From IMG/VR virus record IMGVR_UViG_3300021335_000003: DNA of 64,000 bases; one strand, 5' to 3'. The notes beneath the pieces were generated by a model. That model was not told the origin of the DNA. It searched no databases and worked only from the letters and a program-made list of their open reading frames with translations. The stretch comes from a virus. Of the stretch, positions 9,086 to 19,523 are shown one piece after another; the stretch's first letter is position 1, and the number at the start of each line of letters is the position of its first letter. The position numbers and the translations under genes are program-made.

Positions 9086-10389
9086 CCAATTATTCCAATT
9101 TCTTTTAGATCATTTTGGAAGCCCGTAGTGTTTCCAACTGCACCTTTTTCTAAATCATTAAAATTATTCAACGCACTTTGTTCAACCTGTGCTTTTACAT
9201 TAGGAGATAAGTTGTTGTAAAATTGTTTTGATTCTTGCAAGTTTAAACCTGAGAAAACACTGATTTGTATCTGTGCTTTTGATTGTGCATAGTTAGCCAA
9301 CTTTTGTGGATTGCTTTGCAATTGTCTTTTAAACTCCTGATCACTTAAACTTAAATTTTCCTGCTGGAATGCAACAGGTTGTGCAAATGTAGTTATGTTT
9401 TGATTCACAGTAGTTGGAAAAAAGTTTGTTGTGTTTGCAGGCGGATTGGTTGTTTGTGTAATTGGTTGAACAGAAAGTGGTAATTGATTTTGTCTTTGCT
9501 GACTGTTAAATCCTGTCAAATCAACGATATTAGAAAGTAAATCTCTAAATAGCTCTGGCCAAAAAGTATTGTCATCTGTATTCTTTGCAATACCACTTGT
9601 GCTTACACTATTATAAGGACTTGGCACTGTATCATAATGTTGTATATCTCCAAAACTTTGAATATTTTCTTTTGAAGTTATTTCTCGATCATATAAAACA
9701 GTTTCGTATGCTATACGCATATTGTTTTTCATTACACCCGAACCGTTGCTTTGATCTACTCTATCATGACTCCATGAGGTAATTAATGGATTTACTAGTG
9801 TGAAACTTGTAAATGTGCTTTCTTTATTTTGTGGATGTAATTGATGAATTGTAATACTATTAAAAAATGGTATATCGGTAGTACGTCTTCTATTAAAACC
9901 GTGTCTATATGTATTAGCTATATCTGTGTCATATAATTTTGTTGCATATGAACGTGGGCGACTACTTTGATCTGTATAGTTACCATCTTGATAATAATAT
10001 CTGTAATATGCTTCCCAAAGTAATGTTGTAAGTCCTGCATTATCGTCATGGAACTCAATACCCACTTCGTCGTAATTAATCATTGTCTGTATAACTTTTT
10101 TTCTGTTATACTGCGGAAGAGTTTCAGTTTGGATAGTATATGAAGGTAGATCTGCACTACTTGCTAATAAATTAAATTCACGTTTGTTTAGAATATTAAA
10201 AATACTTGAACCTAATGTGCTAAGAGCAGTTGTATTTACATCAACTACAATGTGATATAAAAAACTATTCTTTGGAGCAAGTCTAAAATTGTTACGTCTG
10301 TATAATGCAGAGGCATGAGCAAAGTCACCGACTATGCCTTTGTTTGCATCTAGACTGCTAAAGTTATCATAAAAACTATTCAACGCCAT
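9082..10389 (-). CDS. Tail tube-like / baseplate-tube junction protein (gp54/gp48-like)
   Basis: Tube-fold-like DLPSYTIQTETLPQYNRKKVIQTMINYDEVGIEFHDD; next to tail tube gene; late box at 10394-10400. Confidence 0.6.
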   Translation of the reverse strand: MALNSFYDNFSSLDANKGIVGDFAHASALYRRNNFRLAPKNSFLYHIVVDVNTTALSTLGSSIFNILNKREFNLLASSADLPSYTIQTETLPQYNRKKVIQTMINYDEVGIEFHDDNAGLTTLLWEAYYRYYYQDGNYTDQSSRPRSYATKLYDTDIANTYRHGFNRRRTTDIPFFNSITIHQLHPQNKESTFTSFTLVNPLITSWSHDRVDQSNGSGVMKNNMRIAYETVLYDREITSKENIQSFGDIQHYDTVPSPYNSVSTSGIAKNTDDNTFWPELFRDLLSNIVDLTGFNSQQRQNQLPLSVQPITQTTNPPANTTNFFPTTVNQNITTFAQPVAFQQENLSLSDQEFKRQLQSNPQKLANYAQSKAQIQISVFSGLNLQESKQFYNNLSPNVKAQVEQSALNNFNDLEKGAVGNTTGFQNDLKEIGIIG

Positions 10390-10406
10390 ACTGTATTTAT
10401 CTCATT

Positions 10407-10436
10407 AAAAAAGGAGCCTAAAAGACTCCTTTTTTT
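10407..10436. terminator. Bidirectional-type terminator after tail tube gene
   Basis: AAAAAAGGAG-cctaaaaga-CTCCTTTTTT. Confidence 0.65.
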
Positions 10437-10456
10437 GTAGCAATCTCATTTAAGTA

Positions 10457-11095
10457 TTAAAGAGCTGCGCCGCCTGTAGCACCTGTGCCTGTTTCACTGT
10501 TTCTATCTTGGAAATTGTTTGGTGTGCCTACGCCAACATTAAGTTGAACTGCGTTATCATATGTGATGTTTAGTGCAACTGTCATTGCATCGTTTGTTGC
10601 GTATGACATTGAACCGTAATCAACTTGGTTTAGATAACAACCATATAATTCCCAGGTTTCTAGTACTTGTGGAGTATTTGCGCCGTTTCCACCATCTAAG
10701 ATTTCAATACGTTGTGTAAATTTGTAATCTTGACCTGTTGCAGCACTTGCTTGTTCAAAGAAGTCGAACTGCTTCTGTAGCTGTTCGCCAACTAGTTTTT
10801 GAACGTTGCCGTTAATATCGTCACGTAAATTAATTGTTACAGGCTGCCACGTGTGCTTACCTGCCATCATAATTTTACTGTTATATACATCTAATTGAAT
10901 TGGATCAAACGAAATGTTTGGTCTTGTTGCATCAATTACTTGCTTTGTTAATTCTGTTGTGTTTCCAGTAATACCAAAATTTTCCAGTGTCACTCTAAAG
11001 CGATACTGAAGTTTTGGCATAAGCAAACCTTGGCTACTTGAAGTAGTGTCGTTTGCTAATGGAACTGTTAAATTCAATAGAGTTGAGATTGCCAT
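10457..11095 (-). CDS. gp19: Tail tube protein
   Basis: PKLQYRFRV, AGKHTWQPVTINLRDD, ETWELYGC; directly downstream of sheath; late box at 11121-11127. Confidence 0.88.
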   Translation of the reverse strand: MAISTLLNLTVPLANDTTSSSQGLLMPKLQYRFRVTLENFGITGNTTELTKQVIDATRPNISFDPIQLDVYNSKIMMAGKHTWQPVTINLRDDINGNVQKLVGEQLQKQFDFFEQASAATGQDYKFTQRIEILDGGNGANTPQVLETWELYGCYLNQVDYGSMSYATNDAMTVALNITYDNAVQLNVGVGTPNNFQDRNSETGTGATGGAAL

Positions 11096-11168
11096 CTATA
11101 GTTTCTCCTTAATACACAAGTATTTATCATTTGTAGGGGGTTTTTGTTTCACCCCCTACTTTATGATA

Positions 11169-14100
11169 TTAAAGACCTGCGATCTCGCCTGTGTTTTTGA
11201 TACGTAGTGGAATATAGATAAATTCTACTGCTTTGACTGGTTCAATAGCAATATCTACGTATAGTTCGTTTCTATCGATTCTTGCTGGTGTGTTGTTTGT
11301 TTCATCACATACAACTAAGAAGTCAAATAGTGCTCTAAGTCCAACTAGTTCAACTAGCAAACTTTCTACCTGTTGCTTGATTTCATCACGTGTGATTTTA
11401 TCATTTGGTTCAAATAGATATGGTTTTGCTAGTGTGTTAAGTTGGCTACGTAAATATACTACCAATCTTGCTACGTTGATTCTATCCAATGCACTTGCAT
11501 TTCTTGCACGAGTTTTCTGTCCAAATACAACTAATCCTGCTCCTGTTAGGAATGTAATCGGATTTACGTTGTTTGAGTACAGTGTATCTCTTACGCCTTC
11601 GTTAAGTGCTGTTGCAACAAACTCACCTTCGCCGTTAATATAACCTGTTGATGTTGCGTTTGTTACGCCGCCACGTCTTGTACCTGCTGGTGCAAACCAT
11701 GGATAAGCAACTTGATCATTTAATGCAAATGTGCGTAGTACCATGTGCGATGCTGGAACAACAATGTTGTTGCCTGCGTTGTCACTTGTGAAACCACTTG
11801 GATAATATACACCTAAGTATTCATCTCTACTTACAAGACCGTTATCGTTATCTTCTACAACTGTATTAACGTTTGTTGCCCATTCGTTAAGTGAAGTTGC
11901 ATCTGATGTCAAACGCATTGGAGAGTCACCAATAACAAATGCTGTTAAGCCTCTGTCATAGTTTAGTGTGATCATCTCGCCAATCAGTTCTGGATAACCT
12001 GGAGTTGCAATCAAGTTAAAGATACGTGACTCGTCATCACGGATATCTTGGTTCTCGTTTAGCATTGCTTGTAACGCTTGTACAACAACTTTACGCTGTG
12101 CTTTACGTCCAAAGCTACCTGAGCCATCTGCTTCATTAGCTGACTCTGTTACCCAACGGTGTGGATAGTATCCTGCCATTGAATTGCCGTCGTCACTTCC
12201 TCTGCCATTGTTTGCACTAATATCAATATAGTTACGCTCGAAACGTTTTACGTTGAATCCGCTTCTACGTAGGTTCCATAGCAACATACCTTTTGGATAT
12301 AGTGCTGGATCTGGAGCATCTGGATCTAAGTAATCACTTGCTAGTAGATCTGCAATATCTCCTGCTTCGCCGCTGTTTGCACCTGCTGTATTGTAACGTG
12401 CATCAGCAAAGATAATACCGTTTTCTGTTGTTTGGTCAGTTGTGTCCAACTCAATCCATGAACTCAATGTTGCATTCCAACGATATACTCTTGGGAAGTT
12501 TTCTAAATCTGCTGTGCTTACCCATAAGTCGCCTGTTACTAGATCAGTAGTACCATCTGACTGTTTTGTTGGCTCAGTTGCACTTACAATAGGTCCTGCT
12601 GGATCTGCACTTGCATATTCGTTCAAGTAACCTTTCCAGTCTGATCCGTCATGTACCATGATATCAACTTCGTCAATTACGCTGCTGTACCATAATGCGC
12701 CATCTTCTGCTAGTGCAGTTGGTGCTTCATCACTTGCTGTGTATGTAAGCTCTTTCCAAAGACTTGCAACATAATCACTGCCACCTAAACTATAGAAGTT
12801 TGCAGTTCCTGTGCTGTTTGTGTAGTTCCATGCTGGGAACGCCATTACAAATTTGCTGTTTGTGTCAGTAATTCTAATGTCACCGCCAAGTGCGTGTGTA
12901 ATGATAACTTTGTTACCTGTACCAACACTTGCACTAACATTTGTTAGTCCTGCTGCGTTAATTGCTTCAGCAAGATCATCTGCATCATCTGCTGTACCTG
13001 CTGCTGTAAATGATACTGTAACCGATGTGCTCATTGTTGCACTACCTTTTACACTTTCACTAATTGTAAAGTCGCCAGTACCGCTAGTAATTGTGCCGGT
13101 TCCAATTGCTACGCTTGTTATGCTTGTTGCACCAGCACCATTTCTTTTGAAGATTGTAAAATCTGCTAGATTAGTTGCTGCTTCAGTAACATTAGTTTGA
13201 ATGTACAAGTTTGCACTTGTTAAGTTTGCACCGCCACCTGATAAATCAAGTCCTGCTAATGCTGCATGGTTAGTTGCATAAATTGGTGCTAATGATGTGT
13301 CCCAAAGTGCTGTATCTTCGTTCCATACTTTTACGCTCCAGTTTGCACCTGCGTTTGGTGTTGTTGTTTTAACCCAAACACTGCCTGTTGGTCTTGGAGT
13401 TGTGTCACCTGATTTATATTCTGGAACACTTGTATGCGCACTTGCTTGCAATTTAGGAGCATAATAATCAGTTGCACCTGTTAAACCTGCATCTGCTAAA
13501 ATTGTTCCTGTTGCAGCAAATTCAAAACCATCATGTGACGAACCGTCGTTGTAGAACTCCAGTCTGTTGCTTACAACTGCTGCACTGATACCTGAACCTG
13601 TTGCTGCTGCATTAAAGTCAATTACAAACTGTGCTGGAGTATTTCCTGTTAATGCAAATGTAAAGATTTGCGTTGCACCGTCTGTCTCATTTACAGTGAA
13701 GTTATCACCCGGAACAAAAGGAGTTGGAGTCATAGCATATGATTTAGTGCTTGTCACTGATGGCCAACTTGCTTTCCAGTCTGCACTTCCTACTACTACC
13801 CAAGTGCCTGCTGTGTTTTTATAATATAATGTTGGTACTGTTGTTACTGCAACTAATGCATAGTCACCAACTGCGCCTACTGATCCTTTTGGTGTATAAT
13901 CTTCACCTGCAAAATCTACAACTTTTGTTGTGTCTGTTACAACAATAGGTGTTTTACCTGAGAATGATTGTCCTGTTGTGTTAGAAATATCAACAGCACT
14001 TCCGTTCCATTCAAAGACGCCGTATCTGCTTGTTGCTGTGTCTAACCAGTATGTTCCGCCTGCTGGATCAGCAGTTGTTGCAGTTGAACTTGCATTTAAC

Positions 14101-14453
14101 CCATTCAGATCAATATCTGCACGTACAACGTATGCTCTATTGCTCACACCCAAATATGAGTATGCAGCCTGCAATCCATATTCGTTTTGCTCTCCGCCAT
14201 GGATTGGATTGTTGTTGTTATCAACATAGAATGTTGGATCGCCAAATGTATCTACCAGTTCACGCTGTGAAGTAAGTAGGTATGGTTTTCCAGCATTTGC
14301 TTTTGTGGTACCTGGAGCAATTCCTGTTCCTGCACCATTTAATTTATTCTCGCCTGTGGCGACAAATATAATAGGTACTGTACCTGGTTCAGCCGGAGTA
14401 TAAAAACTCTCGTCAATTACCTGGACATCTACACCTGGTGATACTAATGCCAT
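11169..14453 (-). CDS. gp18: Contractile tail sheath protein (1094 aa)
   Basis: MALVSPGV.V..IDES N-terminus; WFAPAGTRRG, GQKT, DRINVARL, FEPND...R, CDETNNTP..IDRNEL..DI.IEP.KA.EFIYI C-terminus. Confidence 0.97.
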   Translation of the reverse strand: MALVSPGVDVQVIDESFYTPAEPGTVPIIFVATGENKLNGAGTGIAPGTTKANAGKPYLLTSQRELVDTFGDPTFYVDNNNNPIHGGEQNEYGLQAAYSYLGVSNRAYVVRADIDLNGLNASSTATTADPAGGTYWLDTATSRYGVFEWNGSAVDISNTTGQSFSGKTPIVVTDTTKVVDFAGEDYTPKGSVGAVGDYALVAVTTVPTLYYKNTAGTWVVVGSADWKASWPSVTSTKSYAMTPTPFVPGDNFTVNETDGATQIFTFALTGNTPAQFVIDFNAAATGSGISAAVVSNRLEFYNDGSSHDGFEFAATGTILADAGLTGATDYYAPKLQASAHTSVPEYKSGDTTPRPTGSVWVKTTTPNAGANWSVKVWNEDTALWDTSLAPIYATNHAALAGLDLSGGGANLTSANLYIQTNVTEAATNLADFTIFKRNGAGATSITSVAIGTGTITSGTGDFTISESVKGSATMSTSVTVSFTAAGTADDADDLAEAINAAGLTNVSASVGTGNKVIITHALGGDIRITDTNSKFVMAFPAWNYTNSTGTANFYSLGGSDYVASLWKELTYTASDEAPTALAEDGALWYSSVIDEVDIMVHDGSDWKGYLNEYASADPAGPIVSATEPTKQSDGTTDLVTGDLWVSTADLENFPRVYRWNATLSSWIELDTTDQTTENGIIFADARYNTAGANSGEAGDIADLLASDYLDPDAPDPALYPKGMLLWNLRRSGFNVKRFERNYIDISANNGRGSDDGNSMAGYYPHRWVTESANEADGSGSFGRKAQRKVVVQALQAMLNENQDIRDDESRIFNLIATPGYPELIGEMITLNYDRGLTAFVIGDSPMRLTSDATSLNEWATNVNTVVEDNDNGLVSRDEYLGVYYPSGFTSDNAGNNIVVPASHMVLRTFALNDQVAYPWFAPAGTRRGGVTNATSTGYINGEGEFVATALNEGVRDTLYSNNVNPITFLTGAGLVVFGQKTRARNASALDRINVARLVVYLRSQLNTLAKPYLFEPNDKITRDEIKQQVESLLVELVGLRALFDFLVVCDETNNTPARIDRNELYVDIAIEPVKAVEFIYIPLRIKNTGEIAGL

Positions 14454-14517
14454 TTTTGTTTCTCCTAAACAATGTTATTATGTTATTATTTAGCAGATCT
14501 GGTGTAAAATAGCGGTT

Positions 14518-15036
14518 TTAAGGGGTTATGTGCGTACTTAATTGTCCTTTATACAGTTCATCTACCCAGAACTCTAAGTCAGCTAATGTACCATTATTGT
14601 CTATATAAAAATCGGCCATATAAGGCTCGAGTGTCATACTGTCTGTAGATTCTTTGGGCAAGTAGTCACTACGATCAACCCAAATTGCATAATCAAAAAC
14701 ATTGGTGTTACGCATAGCAAAGTATTCACGCTTGTTTCGTAATCCGCAGTAAATATCATGCTCGTTAAATATAGCTCTACCTAATGTTGCTGCATCCTTT
14801 GCATTCATATCACTAATAGCATTATACCATTCAGTTCTATGATTATGCCTATCAGCATAACACTCTTCCTCGCTGTCATAATTGTATTTTTTCTTTAACA
14901 AATCATAGATAAAAAGTTTTGAGCAAAACGCACTACTGCTTTCAAAACTATATCCATATTTGTCTCTAAGTATTTCGCAGACAGTATCTTTACCGTGCCT
15001 GCCATGTCCAATTACCAACAGCTTCTTTTTATTCAT
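14518..15036 (-). CDS. Deoxynucleoside monophosphate kinase-like P-loop protein
   Basis: IGHGRHGKDT P-loop; C-terminal D..IDNNGTL typical of phage dNMP kinases; sigma70-like TTGACA-17-TATTTT at 15042-15070. Confidence 0.7.
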   Translation of the reverse strand: MNKKKLLVIGHGRHGKDTVCEILRDKYGYSFESSSAFCSKLFIYDLLKKKYNYDSEEECYADRHNHRTEWYNAISDMNAKDAATLGRAIFNEHDIYCGLRNKREYFAMRNTNVFDYAIWVDRSDYLPKESTDSMTLEPYMADFYIDNNGTLADLEFWVDELYKGQLSTHITP

Positions 15037-15055
15037 TATTTAAAATAACATTTTT

Positions 15056-15868
15056 TTATTGCTTTGTCAAGATCCATTTTTTAAAAAGTTGTGCCCAATG
15101 TATATGAGCTGGATCTAGTGGATGATCAGATCCTTTTCCACATTCAAAATTATTTGTTTTTGAGTATTCCCAAAATCCCATATTATTTTCTACATGAATA
15201 ATATTAGGCAAATTTAAACGATTTTTCATGTCTTGATAATAGATATTAGGTTTATGATGTTCTAAAGTCATTAAATCATTAAAAGCAGTTGTGTAATAAA
15301 ATTTTAATCCACGTGCCTGTAACCAACTTGTTAAGTATTCAAGTTGTTGTAATGGATAATATATATGATTATCTACAGTTGCTCTACGTGTATAAAATTC
15401 AATTACTGTGCGCACTAAATGTTCAGCAGATAATTTTTCACGTCTTTGAAGTTCAGCTTTTCTGTTATTTCCTCTAGTTGCACCATCGCCATCTGATGGT
15501 AATGTTAATAAAAATTTATCTTCGTCGTCAAAATAAGTTTTGCCTGGCGGATAAATTGTAGGAAATTCTAAACGCAATATACTTGTCCACATCACACATA
15601 CTACAATTTCTTCTGGCTTGTATAATTTTAAATTGCGTTCTGTTTGATAAATTACACGTCTTACAATACTGCCATATCCTGCACCAGACACAGCCACATT
15701 ATCTAATTTTGCATTATAAAATAAAATTCTTTGTAAATTGTTAGCCCATGTTTTTTCACTACGTGGACGAATTATTCCAACGTTACTTTGATTTCCGTTC
15801 CAATCTGATAGTTCATCGCCTGCTGTAAAACTACAACCGCCAACAATAAGTTTTTTTATATTATCCAA
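15056..15868 (-). CDS. SGNH/GDSL hydrolase-like protein
   Basis: GGCSFTAG (block I Ser), N.AVSGAG (block II), DHP...H near C-terminus. Confidence 0.6.
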   Translation of the reverse strand: MDNIKKLIVGGCSFTAGDELSDWNGNQSNVGIIRPRSEKTWANNLQRILFYNAKLDNVAVSGAGYGSIVRRVIYQTERNLKLYKPEEIVVCVMWTSILRLEFPTIYPPGKTYFDDEDKFLLTLPSDGDGATRGNNRKAELQRREKLSAEHLVRTVIEFYTRRATVDNHIYYPLQQLEYLTSWLQARGLKFYYTTAFNDLMTLEHHKPNIYYQDMKNRLNLPNIIHVENNMGFWEYSKTNNFECGKGSDHPLDPAHIHWAQLFKKWILTKQ

Positions 15869-16628
15869 TCAAGAATCCGTAACCTGTTCCACCTGCCACA
15901 GCCATTGCTAGATCCATTTCTAGTTTTTCCATTTCTTGCTGTGCTTCGGCTTTTAGCGTATCACCGTTAAGTGTTGTTCCGCCCCCAGGTCCGGCAATAG
16001 TAGCAAATTTACTACGTGCCTCACCTAGCATGTATTTACAACTTGCTAGTGTGTAATCTTTAATCCATTGACTTGCTTTGTAATCTGACAACAATTGCAT
16101 GTCAGGACGATAGTTATAGCAATACAAAAGTGCTTCTTCTTCTGCCCTCGGACGTTGTAAAATAGTCAGTTTGCTAGTTGTTGGATTCCATTTAAATTCA
16201 ATAAAACTACCAAACATACGTCCTACTAATTCTTGTTGTTGTGCAAAGAAATCATAAGTTGCAAGACCTCCGATACCACTACCTGCTAACAAATATGTAT
16301 TTGTGTATGCTAGGTTAAATGGTTCAAACAAACTACCGCCATCTGCACTACCGCCTAATCTACTGCCAACACTGCGTCTATAAATTTTACGTACCTCAAT
16401 AATTTCTTGTGGTAACTCATAAACGTTTTGGTCTTGATTAAATTTGATAGTTACATAGCTTTCTTCAACACTGTTTTCGCTACGCTGTCTGTACTTGGTT
16501 AATGCCTTTGTAAGTGCAGTTTCGTAATGAATTGGATCAAGTTCAACGTCAACCATTCCTCCGCCAAGGAATGCATTCACATAATCAAATACTTGTTGTT
16601 TTTGTGTTGTTAGGTTACTGTCTGCCAT
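15861..16628 (-). CDS. gp13: Neck protein gp13-like (start reassigned to ATG 16628, MADSNL)
   Basis: LGGGMVDVEL, WIKDYTLA..K..LGEARSKF..I.GP.GG.TLNG; GGAG RBS before 16628. Confidence 0.85.
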   Translation of the reverse strand: MADSNLTTQKQQVFDYVNAFLGGGMVDVELDPIHYETALTKALTKYRQRSENSVEESYVTIKFNQDQNVYELPQEIIEVRKIYRRSVGSRLGGSADGGSLFEPFNLAYTNTYLLAGSGIGGLATYDFFAQQQELVGRMFGSFIEFKWNPTTSKLTILQRPRAEEEALLYCYNYRPDMQLLSDYKASQWIKDYTLASCKYMLGEARSKFATIAGPGGGTTLNGDTLKAEAQQEMEKLEMDLAMAVAGGTGYGFLIG

Positions 16629-16643
16629 CTTGTTCTCCAATTG

Positions 16644-16659
16644 TATTTATCGATAAATA
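16644..16659. promoter_or_regulatory. Back-to-back divergent late promoters forming a perfect 16-bp palindrome
   Basis: TATTTATCGATAAATA between divergent gp13 and gp14. Confidence 0.8.
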
Positions 16660-16664
16660 TGTGT

Positions 16665-17819
16665 ATGCCACGTTTAAGTTTATATAGACCGGAAAGGTCG
16701 CACGATTACGATTTCTTAGACAAAATGATCTATGAACAATTCACTGTAGGTGGAACTGATTTGTTAATACACAAATACTTAGGTCCAAAAACAGTAACAG
16801 AAGATGATGCAACTCCAGAACAGCCTGCATACAATGTTGTTGATGAAACAAACATACAAGATTTGTTGTTTTTGGAAAATCGTGATAGAAAATACGATCC
16901 CGACATCTATAGTGTGCGTGGGCATTACAATGTACAGGATCAAGACTTTGATTTAAGTCAGTTTGGTTTATTTCTACAAAATGACACACTGTTTATGACA
17001 ATTCATATTAATAGCAGTGTAAAAACAATAGGCAGAAAAATCATGCCAGGCGATGTTTTTGAATTGCCGCACTTGATAGATGAATATGCTGCTAATGATT
17101 TAGAAGTTGCACTCAAAAGATATTACGTAGTAGATGAAGTAACTAGAGCAGCAGAAGGCTTTAGTCAAACTTGGTATCCACATTTGTACAGAGTAAGATG
17201 TAAGCAAATACTAGACTCTCAAGAATATAAAGATATTTTAGACTTGCCAACAGGCGACGAAGCGGGTACTACGCTTAGAGATGCACTAAGCACATACAGT
17301 AAAGAACTAGAAATAAATGACGCTATAATTGCACAAGCAGAAGAATATGCAAATCAAAGTGGTTACAGCACAATACAGTTTTACACTTTAAGTTTGAAAG
17401 AAAATGGCGAAGTCAATATTGTATCCAGTGATTATCAAGACTTGTTGGTTGACGGAACTATAACTTCGGATACAGTTTTTGTTACACCAGACGGCAATGG
17501 ATATCAAGGTTATTTGGTAGGAGATGGTATTCCACCTAACGGTGCTCCATTTGGTGCAGGTACAGGATTTCCTGCTGGGTCTAATATAGGATCATATTTT
17601 TTAAGAACTGATTTATCTCCTAATAGATTGTTTAGATATGATGGAAACAGTTGGACAAAGATTGAAGATGCTGTACGTACTTCGATGACACCAGACGATA
17701 ATAAAGATACTCTAAAAGGCACATTTATTAACAACACAACTGTAAATAACATTGGTGGCGAAGACGTTGTTGAAAGACAAGCACTAAGCAAAGCACTAAG
17801 AGCAAAGGCAACTAACTAA
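16665..17819 (+). CDS. gp14: Neck protein gp14-like (likely start MPRLSLY at 16665)
   Basis: DLLFLENRDRKYD, DLSQFGLFL..D.LF, GDV.ELPHL; lies between gp13 and gp15. Confidence 0.75.
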   Translation: MPRLSLYRPERSHDYDFLDKMIYEQFTVGGTDLLIHKYLGPKTVTEDDATPEQPAYNVVDETNIQDLLFLENRDRKYDPDIYSVRGHYNVQDQDFDLSQFGLFLQNDTLFMTIHINSSVKTIGRKIMPGDVFELPHLIDEYAANDLEVALKRYYVVDEVTRAAEGFSQTWYPHLYRVRCKQILDSQEYKDILDLPTGDEAGTTLRDALSTYSKELEINDAIIAQAEEYANQSGYSTIQFYTLSLKENGEVNIVSSDYQDLLVDGTITSDTVFVTPDGNGYQGYLVGDGIPPNGAPFGAGTGFPAGSNIGSYFLRTDLSPNRLFRYDGNSWTKIEDAVRTSMTPDDNKDTLKGTFINNTTVNNIGGEDVVERQALSKALRAKATN

Positions 17820-19510
17820 TGCAGTTTTTTTATGACGGACAAATACGAAGATACTTAACACAAATAGTAAGAGTGTTTAGTAATTTTAGTTATCAAGACG
17901 GCGATGGTGACCTAAAACGTGTGCCTTGCATGTATGGAGACATGACAAGACAAGTTGGTAGCATTATCAAAGAAAATTCAGAAAATAAACTGCCTAGTGC
18001 GCCACGTATAAGTGTGTATGTGACTAGTCTGCAAATGGATAGAGCAAGATTAAGTGATAGCAGTTATATAAGCAAAATTAATTTACGTGAAAAAGAGTTT
18101 GATGAAAATACCAGTAGCTATCTTGCACAACAAGCTAAAGGATATACAGTTGAAAGACTACATCCAACTCCATACACATTAGCAGTCAATATTGATGTGT
18201 GGAGTACTAGTACTGATCAAAAATTACAAATACTTGAACAAATTTTTATGTTGTTTAACCCAGACATGGAATTTCAAACCAACGACAACTATGTTGATTG
18301 GACAAGTTTAACATATCTATATTTGGAAGATATTAACTTCAGCAGTAGAACAATACCAATGGGCACAAATGATGAGATTGATGTTGCTACTGTTGGTTTT
18401 ACTGCTCCAATTTATATTTCACCTCCAACAAAGGTTAAGAAACTAGGTATAATTACAGATATTATCACAAGTATTTTTAATCAAGATGCAGGAACTTTAG
18501 AGTTAGACGGATTTAATCCTCCAACAGATGGCGATTTAGGAGCAAGCAGTGGTACAACTGTATTGCCAGATGGTACTATAGTTAATAACAACAGTATAAC
18601 AGGCATAGGTCCTAACGGTCGTTTAGATGCATTAAATCCAGTTGTGACAAGTTATAGAAATTTTGATTTAATTGTTCAAGAAGAAACTGGTCAATTAGCA
18701 CTAAACGGTAAATTAAGAATTGGCGAAATCACCTGGTTAAACATTTTAGAAGCAGAACTACCTGCAAAATATCAACCTGGTATTAGTCAAATTAGAATAC
18801 GTAGGACAGAATTACCGGGAGAAATAGTAGGAACTTTTGTAGTAAGAAATGGTGATCCTACTTTTATAGACATAGACTGGGATGCTGATACACTGCCAAC
18901 TAACACACTAATTGAAGGACCTACTAAAACCGATGGGACAATAAACTATATTGTAAATCCAATTGAATTCAATCCTACAAGTGTAAAATCAGTTGGAACT
19001 AGAATACTGTTATTAGGACCATTGGGTTTCCGTGTAGATAGAACATTTACTGCAACATACAGTAGCAACAAAATCAACACAGATATAGATTACACAATTG
19101 CTACAAGTTCATTAGGAGATAGAATAGGTGACGAAACTGTAACAAGTTTTGATGTATATGTCAATGGATTGCGTGTTGCTGCTACTGGTGATAATGTTGA
19201 TGATAAATTTGTTATCACATTAGGAACACCGTATGATGCAGGCGATGAAGTTAAGTATGTGTTAAATCTAAATGAAGATGGCGCCGAGGCGTGGAAGAAC
19301 GCAGATAACAGTGACTTTGTTGCTGATGCAAATGATATTGTTGAATGGGATGGATCTAAATGGAATATTATTTGGGACGGTAGTGTAGAGAATAGCACAA
19401 CTTATGTTACTAATGTTACAAACGGTCAGCAGTATTATTGGAATAATTACTATTGGCAACTAGCAGTAGATGGCTATTATCCACGAGGAACTTGGACAAT
19501 AACACTTTAA
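17819..19510 (+). CDS. gp15: Tail sheath stabiliser/terminator gp15-like with C-terminal extension
   Basis: MQFFYDGQIRRY, VP..YG, P.PY.L...D.W...DQKLQILEQI..LFNP. Confidence 0.82.
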   Translation: MQFFYDGQIRRYLTQIVRVFSNFSYQDGDGDLKRVPCMYGDMTRQVGSIIKENSENKLPSAPRISVYVTSLQMDRARLSDSSYISKINLREKEFDENTSSYLAQQAKGYTVERLHPTPYTLAVNIDVWSTSTDQKLQILEQIFMLFNPDMEFQTNDNYVDWTSLTYLYLEDINFSSRTIPMGTNDEIDVATVGFTAPIYISPPTKVKKLGIITDIITSIFNQDAGTLELDGFNPPTDGDLGASSGTTVLPDGTIVNNNSITGIGPNGRLDALNPVVTSYRNFDLIVQEETGQLALNGKLRIGEITWLNILEAELPAKYQPGISQIRIRRTELPGEIVGTFVVRNGDPTFIDIDWDADTLPTNTLIEGPTKTDGTINYIVNPIEFNPTSVKSVGTRILLLGPLGFRVDRTFTATYSSNKINTDIDYTIATSSLGDRIGDETVTSFDVYVNGLRVAATGDNVDDKFVITLGTPYDAGDEVKYVLNLNEDGAEAWKNADNSDFVADANDIVEWDGSKWNIIWDGSVENSTTYVTNVTNGQQYYWNNYYWQLAVDGYYPRGTWTITL

Positions 19511-19523
19511 GATAATTATTTTT

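Noticed and set aside
11133-11159. Hairpin between sheath and tube as a terminator for the sheath gene
   Set aside because: No U-tract on the coding (minus) strand; more likely a stabilising or processing stem, or an antisense terminator.
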